From contig CAYJVC010000002.1 of NCBI GenBank assembly GCA_964373505.1, positions 12,352-76,351 on the forward strand: a stretch of DNA of 64,000 bases, in the 5' to 3' direction. The notes under the pieces are model-generated. The model was not told the DNA's origin. It saw nothing but the letters and a program-made list of their open reading frames with translations, and searched no databases. Made by a program: the position numbers and the translations under genes. This DNA is from an uncultured Planctomycetia bacterium. Its GTDB lineage: Bacteria > Omnitrophota > Gorgyraeia > 2-02-FULL-51-18. Below, piece by piece: positions 7,472 to 17,315 of the stretch. Numbering within the stretch: position 1 is the stretch's first letter; every line of letters begins with the position of its first letter.

Positions 7472-8620
7472 TTATTTGCGGTTTGAAATGGGCACGTAGG
7501 CGCGGGGTTGAGCGCCCATGTACTCGGAAACAGGGCGGATCAGCCGGTTGTCCTTCAACTGCTCCAAAACGTGCGCGGTCCACCCGGCCATGCGGCTGAT
7601 CGCGAACATCGGCGTAAATAGATCTATCGGAATGCCGATCGTGTAAAGCACCGAGGCGGAGTAAAAGTCGACATTGCAGTTGAGCTTCTTCCGGGCCCAC
7701 ACCGTCTGCTCCAATTTCTCGGAGATCGCAAACCACTTGGCCTGCTCGCGGTTCTTCTCGGCCAGGGTCTTGGCCATCAGCCGCAGGTCATCCGCGCGGG
7801 GGTCCGGCCCTTTATAGACGCGATGCCCGAAACCCATGAGCTTTTTCTTGTTCTGCAGCGCGTCTTCGACGAACGCCTCGACCTTGTCCGGGCTTCCAAT
7901 CGCGATCAGGCTCTCCATCGTGCGGCTGTTGGCCGAGCCGTGCAGATCGCCCTTCAAAGTGCCCACCGCGGAAACGATCGCCGAGTAAATGTCCGAGAGC
8001 GTGGAGGTCGTGATCATAGCGGCAAACGTCGAAGCGTTGAAGTCGTGCTCGGTCAACAGGATAAAATATTTGTCGAGCATCCGGGTCTCGGTGGGGGTCG
8101 CCTTCTCGCCTTTCATCATGTAGAGGAAGTTTTCGGCCGTGCTCACCGAAGACTCAAGCTTCGGATGAACCAGCTTCTCGCTGCGCCGGACCCGGTCGAA
8201 GTAAGCGATGATCGAGGGCACTCTCGCCGTCAGGCGTATCGCCTTTCGGATATTGGACTCCATTGATTTATCGTCCGCCTCGGGGTCGTAAAAGGACAGG
8301 ATCGACACGCCGGTCCGGAGCGCGGCCATGGGATTCGCGGTCTTCGGGAAGAGTTCAATAAGACGGATGAGGTCCTTCGGGAGCTCACGCTCGCTGGCGA
8401 GCTTGTTCTTGAAATCAATGAGTTGCCTGTCCGTCGGCAATTCCCCGAAGATCAGAAGGTAGGTGGTCTCTTCGAAACTGGAATTCGTCGCCAGGTCGTG
8501 AATATCGTAGCCGCGGTAAAAGAGCTTCGAATTCTTGCCGTCGATGAGGCAGATCGAGCTTTCCGCCGCGACGATGTCTTCGAGCCCTTTGGAAAACGTA
8601 CTTTGTTCGTTTGAAGCCAC
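7472..8620 (-). CDS. Citrate synthase / 2-methylcitrate synthase family
   Basis: 382 aa with the citrate synthase signature GFGHRVYK and C-terminal catalytic region; GTG start with GGAG SD. Confidence 0.85.
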   Translation of the reverse strand: MASNEQSTFSKGLEDIVAAESSICLIDGKNSKLFYRGYDIHDLATNSSFEETTYLLIFGELPTDRQLIDFKNKLASERELPKDLIRLIELFPKTANPMAALRTGVSILSFYDPEADDKSMESNIRKAIRLTARVPSIIAYFDRVRRSEKLVHPKLESSVSTAENFLYMMKGEKATPTETRMLDKYFILLTEHDFNASTFAAMITTSTLSDIYSAIVSAVGTLKGDLHGSANSRTMESLIAIGSPDKVEAFVEDALQNKKKLMGFGHRVYKGPDPRADDLRLMAKTLAEKNREQAKWFAISEKLEQTVWARKKLNCNVDFYSASVLYTIGIPIDLFTPMFAISRMAGWTAHVLEQLKDNRLIRPVSEYMGAQPRAYVPISNRK

Positions 8621-8690
8621 GAGTTATAACTCCATTTTGAACACTTATTCTGCCATCCGGCAGAACGAAAATCAACCCGAAAAGGAAGTT

Positions 8691-10085
8691 TTATTTCTTA
8701 GGGATCCCCGGCTCGGTCATCTTCGCGGGGTTCATCACTTTTGCGATCTCGGTTTCGGATAAAAGTTTCTTTTCGCGGATCACTTGAATGAGGGTCTTGC
8801 GGGACTTGAGCGCCTCTTTAGCCACTTCGGCCGCCTGGGAGTAGCCGATAAACGCGTTGAGCGCAGTCGCAAGGCCGAAGCTCGATTCCGCATAGTGGCG
8901 GCAGCGCTCCTCATGGGCGGTGATCCCTTCCACGCATTTCTCCCGAAAGACCTTGAGCGCATTGCCCAGAATGGTCGCCGAGAAATTGAGCTCAAACGCC
9001 ATGACGGGCATCATGACATTCAGTTCCAATTGCCCCGCTTGGACCGCCATCGCGACCGCCACGTCGGAGCCCACCACATGGAATGCGGCCATGTTCACCA
9101 TTTCCAAAATGGAGGGATTCACTTTACCGGGCATGATCGACGATCCGGGCGCGGTCGCCGGCAGGTTTATTTCGGCAAGGCCTGTCGCGGGGCCCGAAGA
9201 CAAAAGCCTTAGGTCATTAACGATCCTGATAAGTTCCAGCGAAAGATTGCGGAGCGCCGAAGACACCTCGGCCATGGGCCTCTGGCTTTGCATCGCTTCG
9301 CGCATGTCGACCGCCGCCACGAGCTTGAGGCCCGTCAGTCGTCCGAGCTCCTCCAAGATCGCCTCGCGATAACCGGGAGTCGTGTTGAGGCCCGTTCCCA
9401 CCGCGCTCCCTCCGATCCCAAGCTCACACAGGGACTCGGCCGCGTTTTGAAGCGCCAGACGCGATTTCCTGAGCGCCTCGCCGTAAGCCGCAAACTCCTG
9501 CCCCAGGCGGATCGGAACCGCGTCCTGCAGGTGCGTGCGCGCGGATTTGAGGACCCCGTCAAACTCCCTGCCTTTTTTAACGAACTCCTTTTCCAGCGCC
9601 TCGAGCGGCCCGTACACGCTTTCCTTTAAAATCAAGGCAAGCGCGATGCGCATCGCGCTCGGGTACGTGTCATTGGTCGACTGGCCCATATTCACGTGAT
9701 CGTTGGGGTGAATGGGTTTGTACTCTCCTTTTTTGCCTCCGAGGATCTCATTGGCGCGGTTCGCGAGCACCTCATTCAGGTTCATGTTGAGCGCAGTGCC
9801 CGCGCCCATTTGGAACACGTCGACAGGGAACTGGTCGCGAAGCTTCCCGGAGAGAATTTCATCCGAGGCCTTGACGAGCGCGGCGGAGAGATCTTTGGGA
9901 AGCGCGCCGCTTTTCGCGTTCGCGAGCGCGGCGGCTTTTTTGATGATCAAATACGCATCGAGGAGACGAGGGTGCACCCGAAGGCCGCTGATCGGAAAAT
10001 TTTCGATCGCGCGGTCCGTCTGGGCGCCATAATAAGCGTCGTCGGGTATCTTTCGTTCACCCAAAGAGTCTTTTTCTATACGCAA
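8691..10085 (-). CDS. aspA: Aspartate ammonia-lyase (fumarase/aspartase family)
   Basis: 464 aa; lyase-I signature GSSIMPGKVNP. The N-terminus RIEKDSLGERKIPDDAYYGAQTDRAIENF and the VNPSILEMVNM segment match aspartase better than FumC. Apparent TTG start with GAGGGA SD supplied by the adjacent repeat. Confidence 0.7.
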   Translation of the reverse strand: MRIEKDSLGERKIPDDAYYGAQTDRAIENFPISGLRVHPRLLDAYLIIKKAAALANAKSGALPKDLSAALVKASDEILSGKLRDQFPVDVFQMGAGTALNMNLNEVLANRANEILGGKKGEYKPIHPNDHVNMGQSTNDTYPSAMRIALALILKESVYGPLEALEKEFVKKGREFDGVLKSARTHLQDAVPIRLGQEFAAYGEALRKSRLALQNAAESLCELGIGGSAVGTGLNTTPGYREAILEELGRLTGLKLVAAVDMREAMQSQRPMAEVSSALRNLSLELIRIVNDLRLLSSGPATGLAEINLPATAPGSSIMPGKVNPSILEMVNMAAFHVVGSDVAVAMAVQAGQLELNVMMPVMAFELNFSATILGNALKVFREKCVEGITAHEERCRHYAESSFGLATALNAFIGYSQAAEVAKEALKSRKTLIQVIREKKLLSETEIAKVMNPAKMTEPGIPKK

Positions 10086-10089
10086 ATTT

Positions 10090-10170
10090 TAGATCCCTCA
10101 CTACGTTCGGGATGAAATTCGCAATACAACTTACGCTCCCTGTGGTCGCATAAGTTGTTTGCTCATTTCA
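10090..10170 (-). repeat. Intergenic repeat family A, copy 1
   Basis: tAGATCCCTCactacgttcGGGATGAAATTCGCaatacaACTTACGCtccctgtggtcGCATAAGTtgtttGCTCATTTCA; fills the 77 bp gap between the lipoprotein stop and the aspA start; shares its core with copies at 46382 and 52487. Confidence 0.6.
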
Positions 10171-10420
10171 AATCGGATTCCTCGGAGGCGACCTTCTCAA
10201 CGGCCTTGGCCGCGTTCAGTTGTGAATTCGCGTTCTCAAGCTCACCCTGCAATTTCGAAATCTCCTGGTTTTTCTCGGAAAGTTGAGCCTCAAGCGAGGC
10301 CACGCGTGAATTCAAAGACCCGATCTGGGCATCATAATTCCGGTTCGAGCCCGTGGCGCAACCCGCGATCGCCAGAGCCATGAACACCCCCCAAGCCCCC
10401 ACGCTCACTTTCTTAAACAT
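10163..10420 (-). CDS. Small coiled-coil lipoprotein (Lpp-like)
   Basis: 85 aa; signal peptide with lipobox LAIAGC followed by an Ala/Gln/Glu-rich heptad coiled coil. Confidence 0.55.
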   Translation of the reverse strand: MFKKVSVGAWGVFMALAIAGCATGSNRNYDAQIGSLNSRVASLEAQLSEKNQEISKLQGELENANSQLNAAKAVEKVASEESDLK

Positions 10421-10428
10421 TCTGCCCC

Positions 10429-12015
10429 CTATTTTGATGCGTAAACACGATAATTGATGTCCGGGAAAATATTATCTGTTGATTCTATGCTCTCGAGGCT
10501 GTGCGTGTCTACAGAATTTTCCCGCACCTCGGTCCAAAGCCGCGTAAAACGCTCGAGATGGCTTTTCGTGCGCATGGTCGCGTAAGCGCTGTGCGTGCCT
10601 GTCTTTAAAATAAACGCCCAGTCGCTCGCCTGAGCCAGCAAAAGCTCCCTGGCCATCTGGTTGAGCGCCCGTCGTTCAACGCCACCGGCCGCAGGCCTTT
10701 CATTCGCGAGGTCAATCATGCGCTCGGCCGCTTTATGCAAATGGCGGTAGATCCAGTCATTGGCGCCGTTCAGCCATACCTCCGAGTAGCCGCTGTAGCC
10801 CCAGCTCGACATCGAAGGCGTGATCTTCTGGTTGCGGGGTTGCTTTTCAAGATATTCCATCGGCGTGATCGTCTTAAAAACATCCTGATCGTAATGGATC
10901 TTCCGGAAAAGAATATCAAACCACATCGGGCCTTCAAACCACCAATGGCCGAAAAGCTCGGCGTCATAGGGCGCCACGACCAGCGGCGGCCTGTCCATGA
11001 ATTCCGCCAGATACTCGATCTGCTTCTGCCGGTTGAACATAAAATTTCCCGCGTGCTCGGCCGCCTTTTCCCTCGCCCGATCCGGCGAGTAAGGCTCTTT
11101 AGAGTCGGTCCTTCCGGTGATCCGGTAGTACTTGATGCCGGTGTTGATGCGTGAACCGTCGCCGTTCAGGTACGGACGGATATAAGGGTAGTCGAGGTCA
11201 AAACCGATATCGCGGTAAAATTCCCGGTAACTGAAATCACCCGGATAACCCTCCTCGGCGCTCCAAACGCTTTTTGAGGACTCCGGGTCGCGGCCGAACG
11301 CGGCCACTCCCGATCGGCAGTACACCGGCGCGTACACGCCGTACTTGGGCCTCGGACTGCCGAAGAGAATGCCGTGCGTGTCCATGATAAAAAAGCGGAT
11401 CCCGTTTTCCTTTAAGATCGCATCGACCCCGGGGGTGTAGCCGCACTCGGGAAGCCAGATCCCCCTGGGCGCCCGACCCAGGATCCGCTTATGCGTCTCC
11501 ACACCCACGCGGATCTGAGCGCGCAGTGCCTCCGGCTGGATCTCCATGAGCGGTAAAAAGCCGTGCGTGGCCGCGGAAGTGATGATCTCGAGCTTCCCCA
11601 GGTCCTGAAATTCCTTGAACGCCGCCGCGAGGTTGTGGTGGTAGCGGTCGCAAAAGATCTCCCGTGCTTGGGTGAAAAGCGCATGGTACATTTGGGCCAG
11701 GCCCAAGAAGGCCGCGTCGTCCCGGGTCCGAATCATCTCTTTCCGCGAAAGCTCGATCAGGCGGTCCAGGTGCTTCACATAACGCGACTGAAGGAGCGGG
11801 TCCGTCATCATCGACAGGAGCGTCGGCGTCAGCGACATCGTAAGACGAAAATCAACGCCGTCACGCACCAAGGAACGGAAAGCCTTGATCAGCGGGATGT
11901 AGGTCTCGGTGACGGCTTCGTAAAACCACGCTTCCTCCAGGAACCGCTCATGCTCCGGATGGCGGACATAAGGAAGGTGCGCGTGCAATACGATCGAGAG
12001 GAAGCCTTTTTCCAT
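10429..12015 (-). CDS. Glycoside hydrolase family 57 (alpha-glucan branching/amylase-like)
   Basis: 528 aa; N-terminal GH57 signature LSIVLHAHLPYVRHPE...EAWFYEAVTETYIPL and a C-terminal helical domain typical of GH57 branching enzymes. Confidence 0.8.
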   Translation of the reverse strand: MEKGFLSIVLHAHLPYVRHPEHERFLEEAWFYEAVTETYIPLIKAFRSLVRDGVDFRLTMSLTPTLLSMMTDPLLQSRYVKHLDRLIELSRKEMIRTRDDAAFLGLAQMYHALFTQAREIFCDRYHHNLAAAFKEFQDLGKLEIITSAATHGFLPLMEIQPEALRAQIRVGVETHKRILGRAPRGIWLPECGYTPGVDAILKENGIRFFIMDTHGILFGSPRPKYGVYAPVYCRSGVAAFGRDPESSKSVWSAEEGYPGDFSYREFYRDIGFDLDYPYIRPYLNGDGSRINTGIKYYRITGRTDSKEPYSPDRAREKAAEHAGNFMFNRQKQIEYLAEFMDRPPLVVAPYDAELFGHWWFEGPMWFDILFRKIHYDQDVFKTITPMEYLEKQPRNQKITPSMSSWGYSGYSEVWLNGANDWIYRHLHKAAERMIDLANERPAAGGVERRALNQMARELLLAQASDWAFILKTGTHSAYATMRTKSHLERFTRLWTEVRENSVDTHSLESIESTDNIFPDINYRVYASK

Positions 12016-12030
12016 GGGAAGATTTTGATT

Positions 12031-12771
12031 CTAACGGGGTGCCGGCGAGCTTTCGGAAGAAACGATGCCTTTTAAATACCTTTCCAGGACCTCACGCACG
12101 TCCAAAGAGCTTTTTTGATCCGAAAGACCCGCCATGCGGCCGAACAATTTCCAGTACAGGTCGTCCGGCATCATCCACTCTTCGTCCAGCGTGTCCGAGA
12201 TGCCGAACCGCGGCGTTTTGACCGTATTGGAACGCACCATTGCCAAAAATCGCCCGTTCGTCGCGCGGACCCCGAGCTCCGCCACCCAATCGGTGTCGGG
12301 TTTTCCGACATCGACATACCAGTTGTTCGCAAAGAAATTGAGCTCAATATCAAAAAAGGAATTAGGACGGGAAACGGAGGTGCCCGCGATGTCGTAAATT
12401 CTTAGGACGGTTTTATCCTTCTGGAGCCTCTGGCGGCGAAGCTCGTCAAGTATTTCCCTCTCTCGATTCGGCCGGACCTCCCAGTACGCAAAGATCCACC
12501 AGGGGTCACGCACCAAGAGCACCAGCTTATCCTCATCATAGGACGAAGGAAAATCGAAGGGCGCCGGCCGCGCTTCCCGAGACCCAAAAGAAGAGATAAC
12601 ACTTGCTATCTTATTGTCTTTCAGTAACTTACGGGATGCTTTTGCGCCTATTCTGCGGAGGGTTTTCTTGATGCCGCGAAGCTTTGCTTTGCGTGATGAG
12701 GCCATTTTCACGGACTTTTTTTTGACGCGTTTCTTCATCGCAAGCCCCTTCCCGCAGAAATTATAAGCCAA
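12031..12771 (-). CDS. DUF4912-like protein (frequently GH57-associated)
   Basis: 246 aa; basic K-rich N-terminus then a conserved region with WWIFAYWEV; located immediately downstream of the GH57 gene. Family assignment is from memory of that motif and neighbourhood only. Confidence 0.4.
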   Translation of the reverse strand: MAYNFCGKGLAMKKRVKKKSVKMASSRKAKLRGIKKTLRRIGAKASRKLLKDNKIASVISSFGSREARPAPFDFPSSYDEDKLVLLVRDPWWIFAYWEVRPNREREILDELRRQRLQKDKTVLRIYDIAGTSVSRPNSFFDIELNFFANNWYVDVGKPDTDWVAELGVRATNGRFLAMVRSNTVKTPRFGISDTLDEEWMMPDDLYWKLFGRMAGLSDQKSSLDVREVLERYLKGIVSSESSPAPR

Positions 12772-12811
12772 TGAAGCGGGGAAGTAAATAGAAAGCGGCG
12801 GGGACGGATTT

Positions 12812-14209
12812 TTAGTTGGTTTTCACCAAAAGCCAAAGATCCTCGAACGAACCGCGGACTTTCAGGTTCAAGGAGGGTAACCTGGACCGCAAAGGCGCCA
12901 AATCTTTCTCGTGGATCAGGCAGAAAAAGCTGGAGGATCCTCTGGCGGCGGCGACAAAGGCTTCGGGTGTGTCCACATACTGCGATGCGCGGTCCATGTA
13001 GAAAGTAACGGCGTTGGTTTCATGATAGTTGTAAAGAAACAGGGCCTCGCCCGGCGGAAGCTCGGCCTTCACGATGGGCGCAATGCCCTTCAAGTCGCGG
13101 CTGTAATCGAAATTAAAAATATGGGAATAATGGACGTGGAGAGCCATGATCGCGATGAAAGCCACGCGAACGAACCTGGAGTGATTTTCTCCGAACACTT
13201 TCGCAAGCACATAACCTACGGTCAGTGAAAGCGCAGGATAGATCGGGAGGATATACCACGGAAGCTTCGTCTGAATGAGGGTGATCACCGTGAAAATAAA
13301 GAAGATCCATATGGCCAGATACAGCGCGCCGCCGATCCTCTCCTTGGCGGCCTTGAACAAAAAAAACGGCGCTGAAAAGATCCCTACGAGCACCCAGGGA
13401 TGGTATTTATTGACGAGGGTCCGGATATGGAAGTAAAAATTCCCCTGGTGTCCGTCGAGCGGCGTGAGCGTGCGCTGGAACAGGTGCTTGACCACGACCT
13501 CATTCATAAAGAGATGGCGGTGGTGAATCATCTCGTACAGATTCCACGGCAGCGCCACGCCCGCGGCCAGCATGAGCCCGACCCAGTACGAGGACCTTAA
13601 GAGGATCTCGAACTCGCCGGAAATAAGGCAGTAAAGCCAGGTGATGGGAAAGATAAGAAAGCCCGCAAAGCCTTTGGTCATGATCGCCAGGCCCGCGCTG
13701 ACGCCGGAGAAAATGAGGTAGCGGTTGCGCTCGTAACCGCGCCAGAAAAAATATAGCGACAAGGACAGGAAGAAGGTCAGCGGCGCGTCGAGCATGCCGA
13801 ACCGCGCGAAGCGGATGAAATGAGAGGAAGACAAAAGAACGAACGCGCCCAAAAAGCCGGTCCAGCGGCTGAAAAGCCGCTCTCCGATAAAATAGGTGAC
13901 GATCACCGTGCCGATGCCGCAGAGCGCGGAAAAAAGGCGGGCCGAAAACTCGTTCACGCCGAACGCGTGGTAAAAAAACGCCGTGGCCCAAATGGCCAGC
14001 GGAGGCTTGTCGGCCCAGGGGTTCCCGTTGAGCGTCAAATGAAACCAATCGCCGGAGTTAAAGATCTCCTTCGCGACCGAGGCGTATAGGCCTTCATCCC
14101 AACTGGCGAGCGAACCCGACCCGAGACGGTAAAGCAGGAAAAATCCGCTCAAAGCAGCCAGAAACAGGAGATCCTGCAGTACGAGGTTTTTCTTAAGAAA
14201 ACTGCTCAA
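12812..14209 (-). CDS. Membrane glycosyltransferase, GT39/ArnT/PMT family
   Basis: 465 aa polytopic; N-terminal loop WDEGLYASVAKEIFNSGDWFHLTLNGNPWADKPPL characteristic of the ArnT/PMT dolichyl/undecaprenyl-phosphate sugar transferases. Confidence 0.75.
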   Translation of the reverse strand: MSSFLKKNLVLQDLLFLAALSGFFLLYRLGSGSLASWDEGLYASVAKEIFNSGDWFHLTLNGNPWADKPPLAIWATAFFYHAFGVNEFSARLFSALCGIGTVIVTYFIGERLFSRWTGFLGAFVLLSSSHFIRFARFGMLDAPLTFFLSLSLYFFWRGYERNRYLIFSGVSAGLAIMTKGFAGFLIFPITWLYCLISGEFEILLRSSYWVGLMLAAGVALPWNLYEMIHHRHLFMNEVVVKHLFQRTLTPLDGHQGNFYFHIRTLVNKYHPWVLVGIFSAPFFLFKAAKERIGGALYLAIWIFFIFTVITLIQTKLPWYILPIYPALSLTVGYVLAKVFGENHSRFVRVAFIAIMALHVHYSHIFNFDYSRDLKGIAPIVKAELPPGEALFLYNYHETNAVTFYMDRASQYVDTPEAFVAAARGSSSFFCLIHEKDLAPLRSRLPSLNLKVRGSFEDLWLLVKTN

Positions 14210-14230
14210 GAGGAATAATGTTCAGAAGTA

Positions 14231-14845
14231 CTAGAAAAGGAAAACGCCGACCGCCACCACCGTCGTATAGCCGCCCTTTTCCACGATCGCCGACTGCGTC
14301 ACGTTCGTGGTCTTGACGATCTTATCGGATATGCGGTAGATCTCTTCCTTTTCGTCCCAGCTTTTGTCTTCGTCTATGTCGATGCCCAGGGTCGAGGCAA
14401 GCATCGCCGCCGCCAGGTCCTCGGCGGTGTCGCCCGCCTCTTTTTCGGTCTGGCCGAACGCATAGTACTCGCTCAAATAGCCGTAGGTGTTCGGGTCGGA
14501 AGGGATCGCGCACCCGATGGACGCGGCGATGAGACGGCGCGGCTCATTGGAGCAAAGGCGCGAAGTCACGGCGAACGTGATCATGCCCGGATAAATGTAT
14601 TTCATGCCTTCATTCCGGGAGATCAACTCGCAATTCGGAGGGAATATGCTCGACACGTGGACGATGTTACACTTCTCAACGCCGGCGTCGCGCAGCGCGA
14701 TCTCGAACGAACGCAGCTCGTGTTTGTGCGAGCCGACGCCTTTCGCGAAGAACATTTTTTTAGGGACAAGGATCGGAAGTGCTTGACTGGAATTAGCCTG
14801 CGCAGGCTGCGTCGTTGTCGGACCGTTTGTCTGGACCACGCCCAT
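14231..14845 (-). CDS. pdaD: Pyruvoyl-dependent arginine decarboxylase (PdaD family)
   Basis: Matches archaeal PdaD around the self-cleavage site (NIVHVSSIFPP versus M. jannaschii NLIRISSIMPP), and TYGYL, IGCAIP motifs. The likely true start is the internal ATG at 14755 (MFFAKGVG...) giving about 175 aa. Confidence 0.65.
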   Translation of the reverse strand: MGVVQTNGPTTTQPAQANSSQALPILVPKKMFFAKGVGSHKHELRSFEIALRDAGVEKCNIVHVSSIFPPNCELISRNEGMKYIYPGMITFAVTSRLCSNEPRRLIAASIGCAIPSDPNTYGYLSEYYAFGQTEKEAGDTAEDLAAAMLASTLGIDIDEDKSWDEKEEIYRISDKIVKTTNVTQSAIVEKGGYTTVVAVGVFLF

Positions 14846-14876
14846 GCAATTAATATACGTTCACAGATTTTCAAAG

Positions 14877-17171
14877 TCAAGAACGAACTCGAGTGGAAAC
14901 GCTCAAAACGCCTCTTTCGTGAATAATTTCAACCGCGCCGTCGCGGTCCGTCCGAAATATTTTATTTTCAGGAAGGGAGGACAAAATATCCAGCGTCCTC
15001 GGCGCGGGGTGATGGAACAGGTTGCGCTCGCCGACGCTGATCACGCTGATCCCGGGTGAAACGCGCCTGACAAAAGTTGCCCCCTCTTCCGTAAGCCCGC
15101 CGCCGTGATGAGGCACCTTGAGAACATCTGCCTTCAGGTCCGCGCCGAGGCCTGACAATTCCCGCATCGCCTCTTTTTCCATATCGCCGGCCAAGAGGAA
15201 CTTCGCGCCCGCATAAACGACCTTGAGGACCACGGAGGCGTTGTTGATATTCTTGGCGCGGTTCAGCGCCTCGCTCGGGTTCAAAACCTCCACGTTCACT
15301 CCCTTGAAGCCTTCGAGGCGGTCTCCGCGGGTCACGACGAGCGTGTCGGAGTTTTCCTCGCGGATCTTTTGCCGGACCGATCCGAAAAGACGACTGGAAG
15401 CGCCCGCGCCGGCCTCCGCCACGGTTTTCACGCGGAATTCGTCAAGCAGGGCGGGCAGGCCGCCGATGTGGTCTTCCTGCGGATGACTGATCACAAAAAG
15501 ATCGATCGTGGAAACCCCCTTCGACTTTAAAAACGGCGCGATCACGCGGCGGCCCCGGTCACCGTCGCCCCCCTTTCCCGCGTCGATGAGCATATTGCCC
15601 CCCTCGGGAAATTCAAAATAGATCGAGTCCCCCTGCCCCACATCCAGCGCCGTCATTTTGAACGGCCGGTTGAAATGGCCGAGAGCGCCCTGCAGCAAAA
15701 AAACGCTCGCGAGAAAAAGCGGGATCACGGCGGCCCGGACCGTGCGGCTTTTCATCCTTTTGTCCGTCAGAAAGTAACAGACCCCCGCGACCAGCAGGAT
15801 TAGGAACGGCCGGTTTGGCTTGCCCACGATGAGGTAAGCGCCGGGCATTTGTTCGACGGCCCAAAGCGCCGCGATAAGGAGCTTCATGAGGCCGCTCATG
15901 AGAAACGGCAACCACGAAAGCGCAGGATGCAGCCAGGCGGCGCTCAGAAAAAACAATAGGCCGGCCAGGAACAAGAGGAACGAAATGGGCACCACCGCGA
16001 GGTTCGACAGGACCGAAAGCGGTGTGACGATATAAAAATTGTGGACGGTGATGGGCAGCGTCACGATCGCGCACACAAAGGACACCCAGAAGACTTCCTT
16101 AAGATAGAAAACGGTTTTTTCCCTGGCGCTTAAAAATTCGTGCGGCAAAAGCTCGGGTCGCTTCATGAAAAGCGGCACGAACTTCACGAGGCCGAACACC
16201 GCCAGGAACGAGAGTTGAAAACCCACATCGAAGAGCTGCTGCGGGTTCAGGATCAGGATCACGCAGGCCGCCAGCCCCAGCGAGTTGAGCGCGTCCGTCC
16301 TTCTCCCCAGAAGCCGCCCCGTAAGAAAGACAGAAGCCATGAGCGAGGCCCTCACCACCGGCGCCTGCCAACCCACTAGGAGGCAATACGCCCAAACGGC
16401 TACCAGCGCGAGGCAAAGCTTGAAATTTTTCGATACGGGAAAAGGGGCCAAAAGGAGAAAAAGGGCGGCGCAAAGAAACCCGATATTGAATCCGCTCACC
16501 GCCAGGATATGCATCGTGCCCGTCTTGATGAAAAGGTCCTTGAACTCCTCCTCGAGGTCGCTCCTTTCTCCCAGGAAGAGAGCTTTCAAGAACGCCGCTT
16601 CGTCCCCGTGAAATGCCCGTGAGATCCTCTCGGATAAAAAGCGCCGGGTACCAAGCGCTTTTTCGTAAAGGAAATTGCCTTTTCGCCGGCCGAGCACTCG
16701 GGTGTCAAAATTCTTGTCGCCGTAGAAAACGGCGCCGATCCCCTGCCGCTCGAGGTAGGCCCGGCTGTCAAAACCACCGGGGTTCCTCAAGCCGCGTGGA
16801 CGCTTCAGATCCCCGCGGAGGACAATTTCATCCCCGTAAGCCGGGATCTCGCGCGGATCTTTCAAAAAGCACCTTACGCGGCCGCGGACATTTTGAGCTT
16901 TTTTCGCTTCCGCGACCCAAATTCTTTTCGCCTCAAACACGAAGCTGGAAACTTTGTCCCCGTAAAGCAGCCGGCGCGTTTCCACGCCCGTGACGATGCG
17001 CCCTCCCAGAAATACGGTATTCTCCCCGTCCCTGGTCTGATACCGGACATCGTCCGGCCAAACACGGAAGAAGGCGTTTCGAAGGGTGTCCGGCGCGCGG
17101 TCCGCGAGGAAGATCACCAAACACAGGGCCAGCGCCGCATAAAACAGGGGCCTTCGTGCAAAAAACTCCAT
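14877..17171 (-). CDS. comEC: DNA internalization competence protein ComEC/Rec2 with C-terminal metallo-beta-lactamase domain
   Basis: 764 aa; N-terminal DUF4131-like region, polytopic ComEC core, C-terminal MBL-fold (HPQEDHIGG). Confidence 0.85.
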   Translation of the reverse strand: MEFFARRPLFYAALALCLVIFLADRAPDTLRNAFFRVWPDDVRYQTRDGENTVFLGGRIVTGVETRRLLYGDKVSSFVFEAKRIWVAEAKKAQNVRGRVRCFLKDPREIPAYGDEIVLRGDLKRPRGLRNPGGFDSRAYLERQGIGAVFYGDKNFDTRVLGRRKGNFLYEKALGTRRFLSERISRAFHGDEAAFLKALFLGERSDLEEEFKDLFIKTGTMHILAVSGFNIGFLCAALFLLLAPFPVSKNFKLCLALVAVWAYCLLVGWQAPVVRASLMASVFLTGRLLGRRTDALNSLGLAACVILILNPQQLFDVGFQLSFLAVFGLVKFVPLFMKRPELLPHEFLSAREKTVFYLKEVFWVSFVCAIVTLPITVHNFYIVTPLSVLSNLAVVPISFLLFLAGLLFFLSAAWLHPALSWLPFLMSGLMKLLIAALWAVEQMPGAYLIVGKPNRPFLILLVAGVCYFLTDKRMKSRTVRAAVIPLFLASVFLLQGALGHFNRPFKMTALDVGQGDSIYFEFPEGGNMLIDAGKGGDGDRGRRVIAPFLKSKGVSTIDLFVISHPQEDHIGGLPALLDEFRVKTVAEAGAGASSRLFGSVRQKIREENSDTLVVTRGDRLEGFKGVNVEVLNPSEALNRAKNINNASVVLKVVYAGAKFLLAGDMEKEAMRELSGLGADLKADVLKVPHHGGGLTEEGATFVRRVSPGISVISVGERNLFHHPAPRTLDILSSLPENKIFRTDRDGAVEIIHERGVLSVSTRVRS

Positions 17172-17315
17172 GTCAGGAACCGGTTTGAGGCTGGGCGGGT
17201 TCGTTTCTTAGGACGGTGATCTGTACGATGCTTCGGCTATGCAAATATAAATTCACGGCGAGCAAGGCGCACACGAGAGTACTTAAGACAAGAAGAAGAC
17301 GGGATTCGTAACGGG

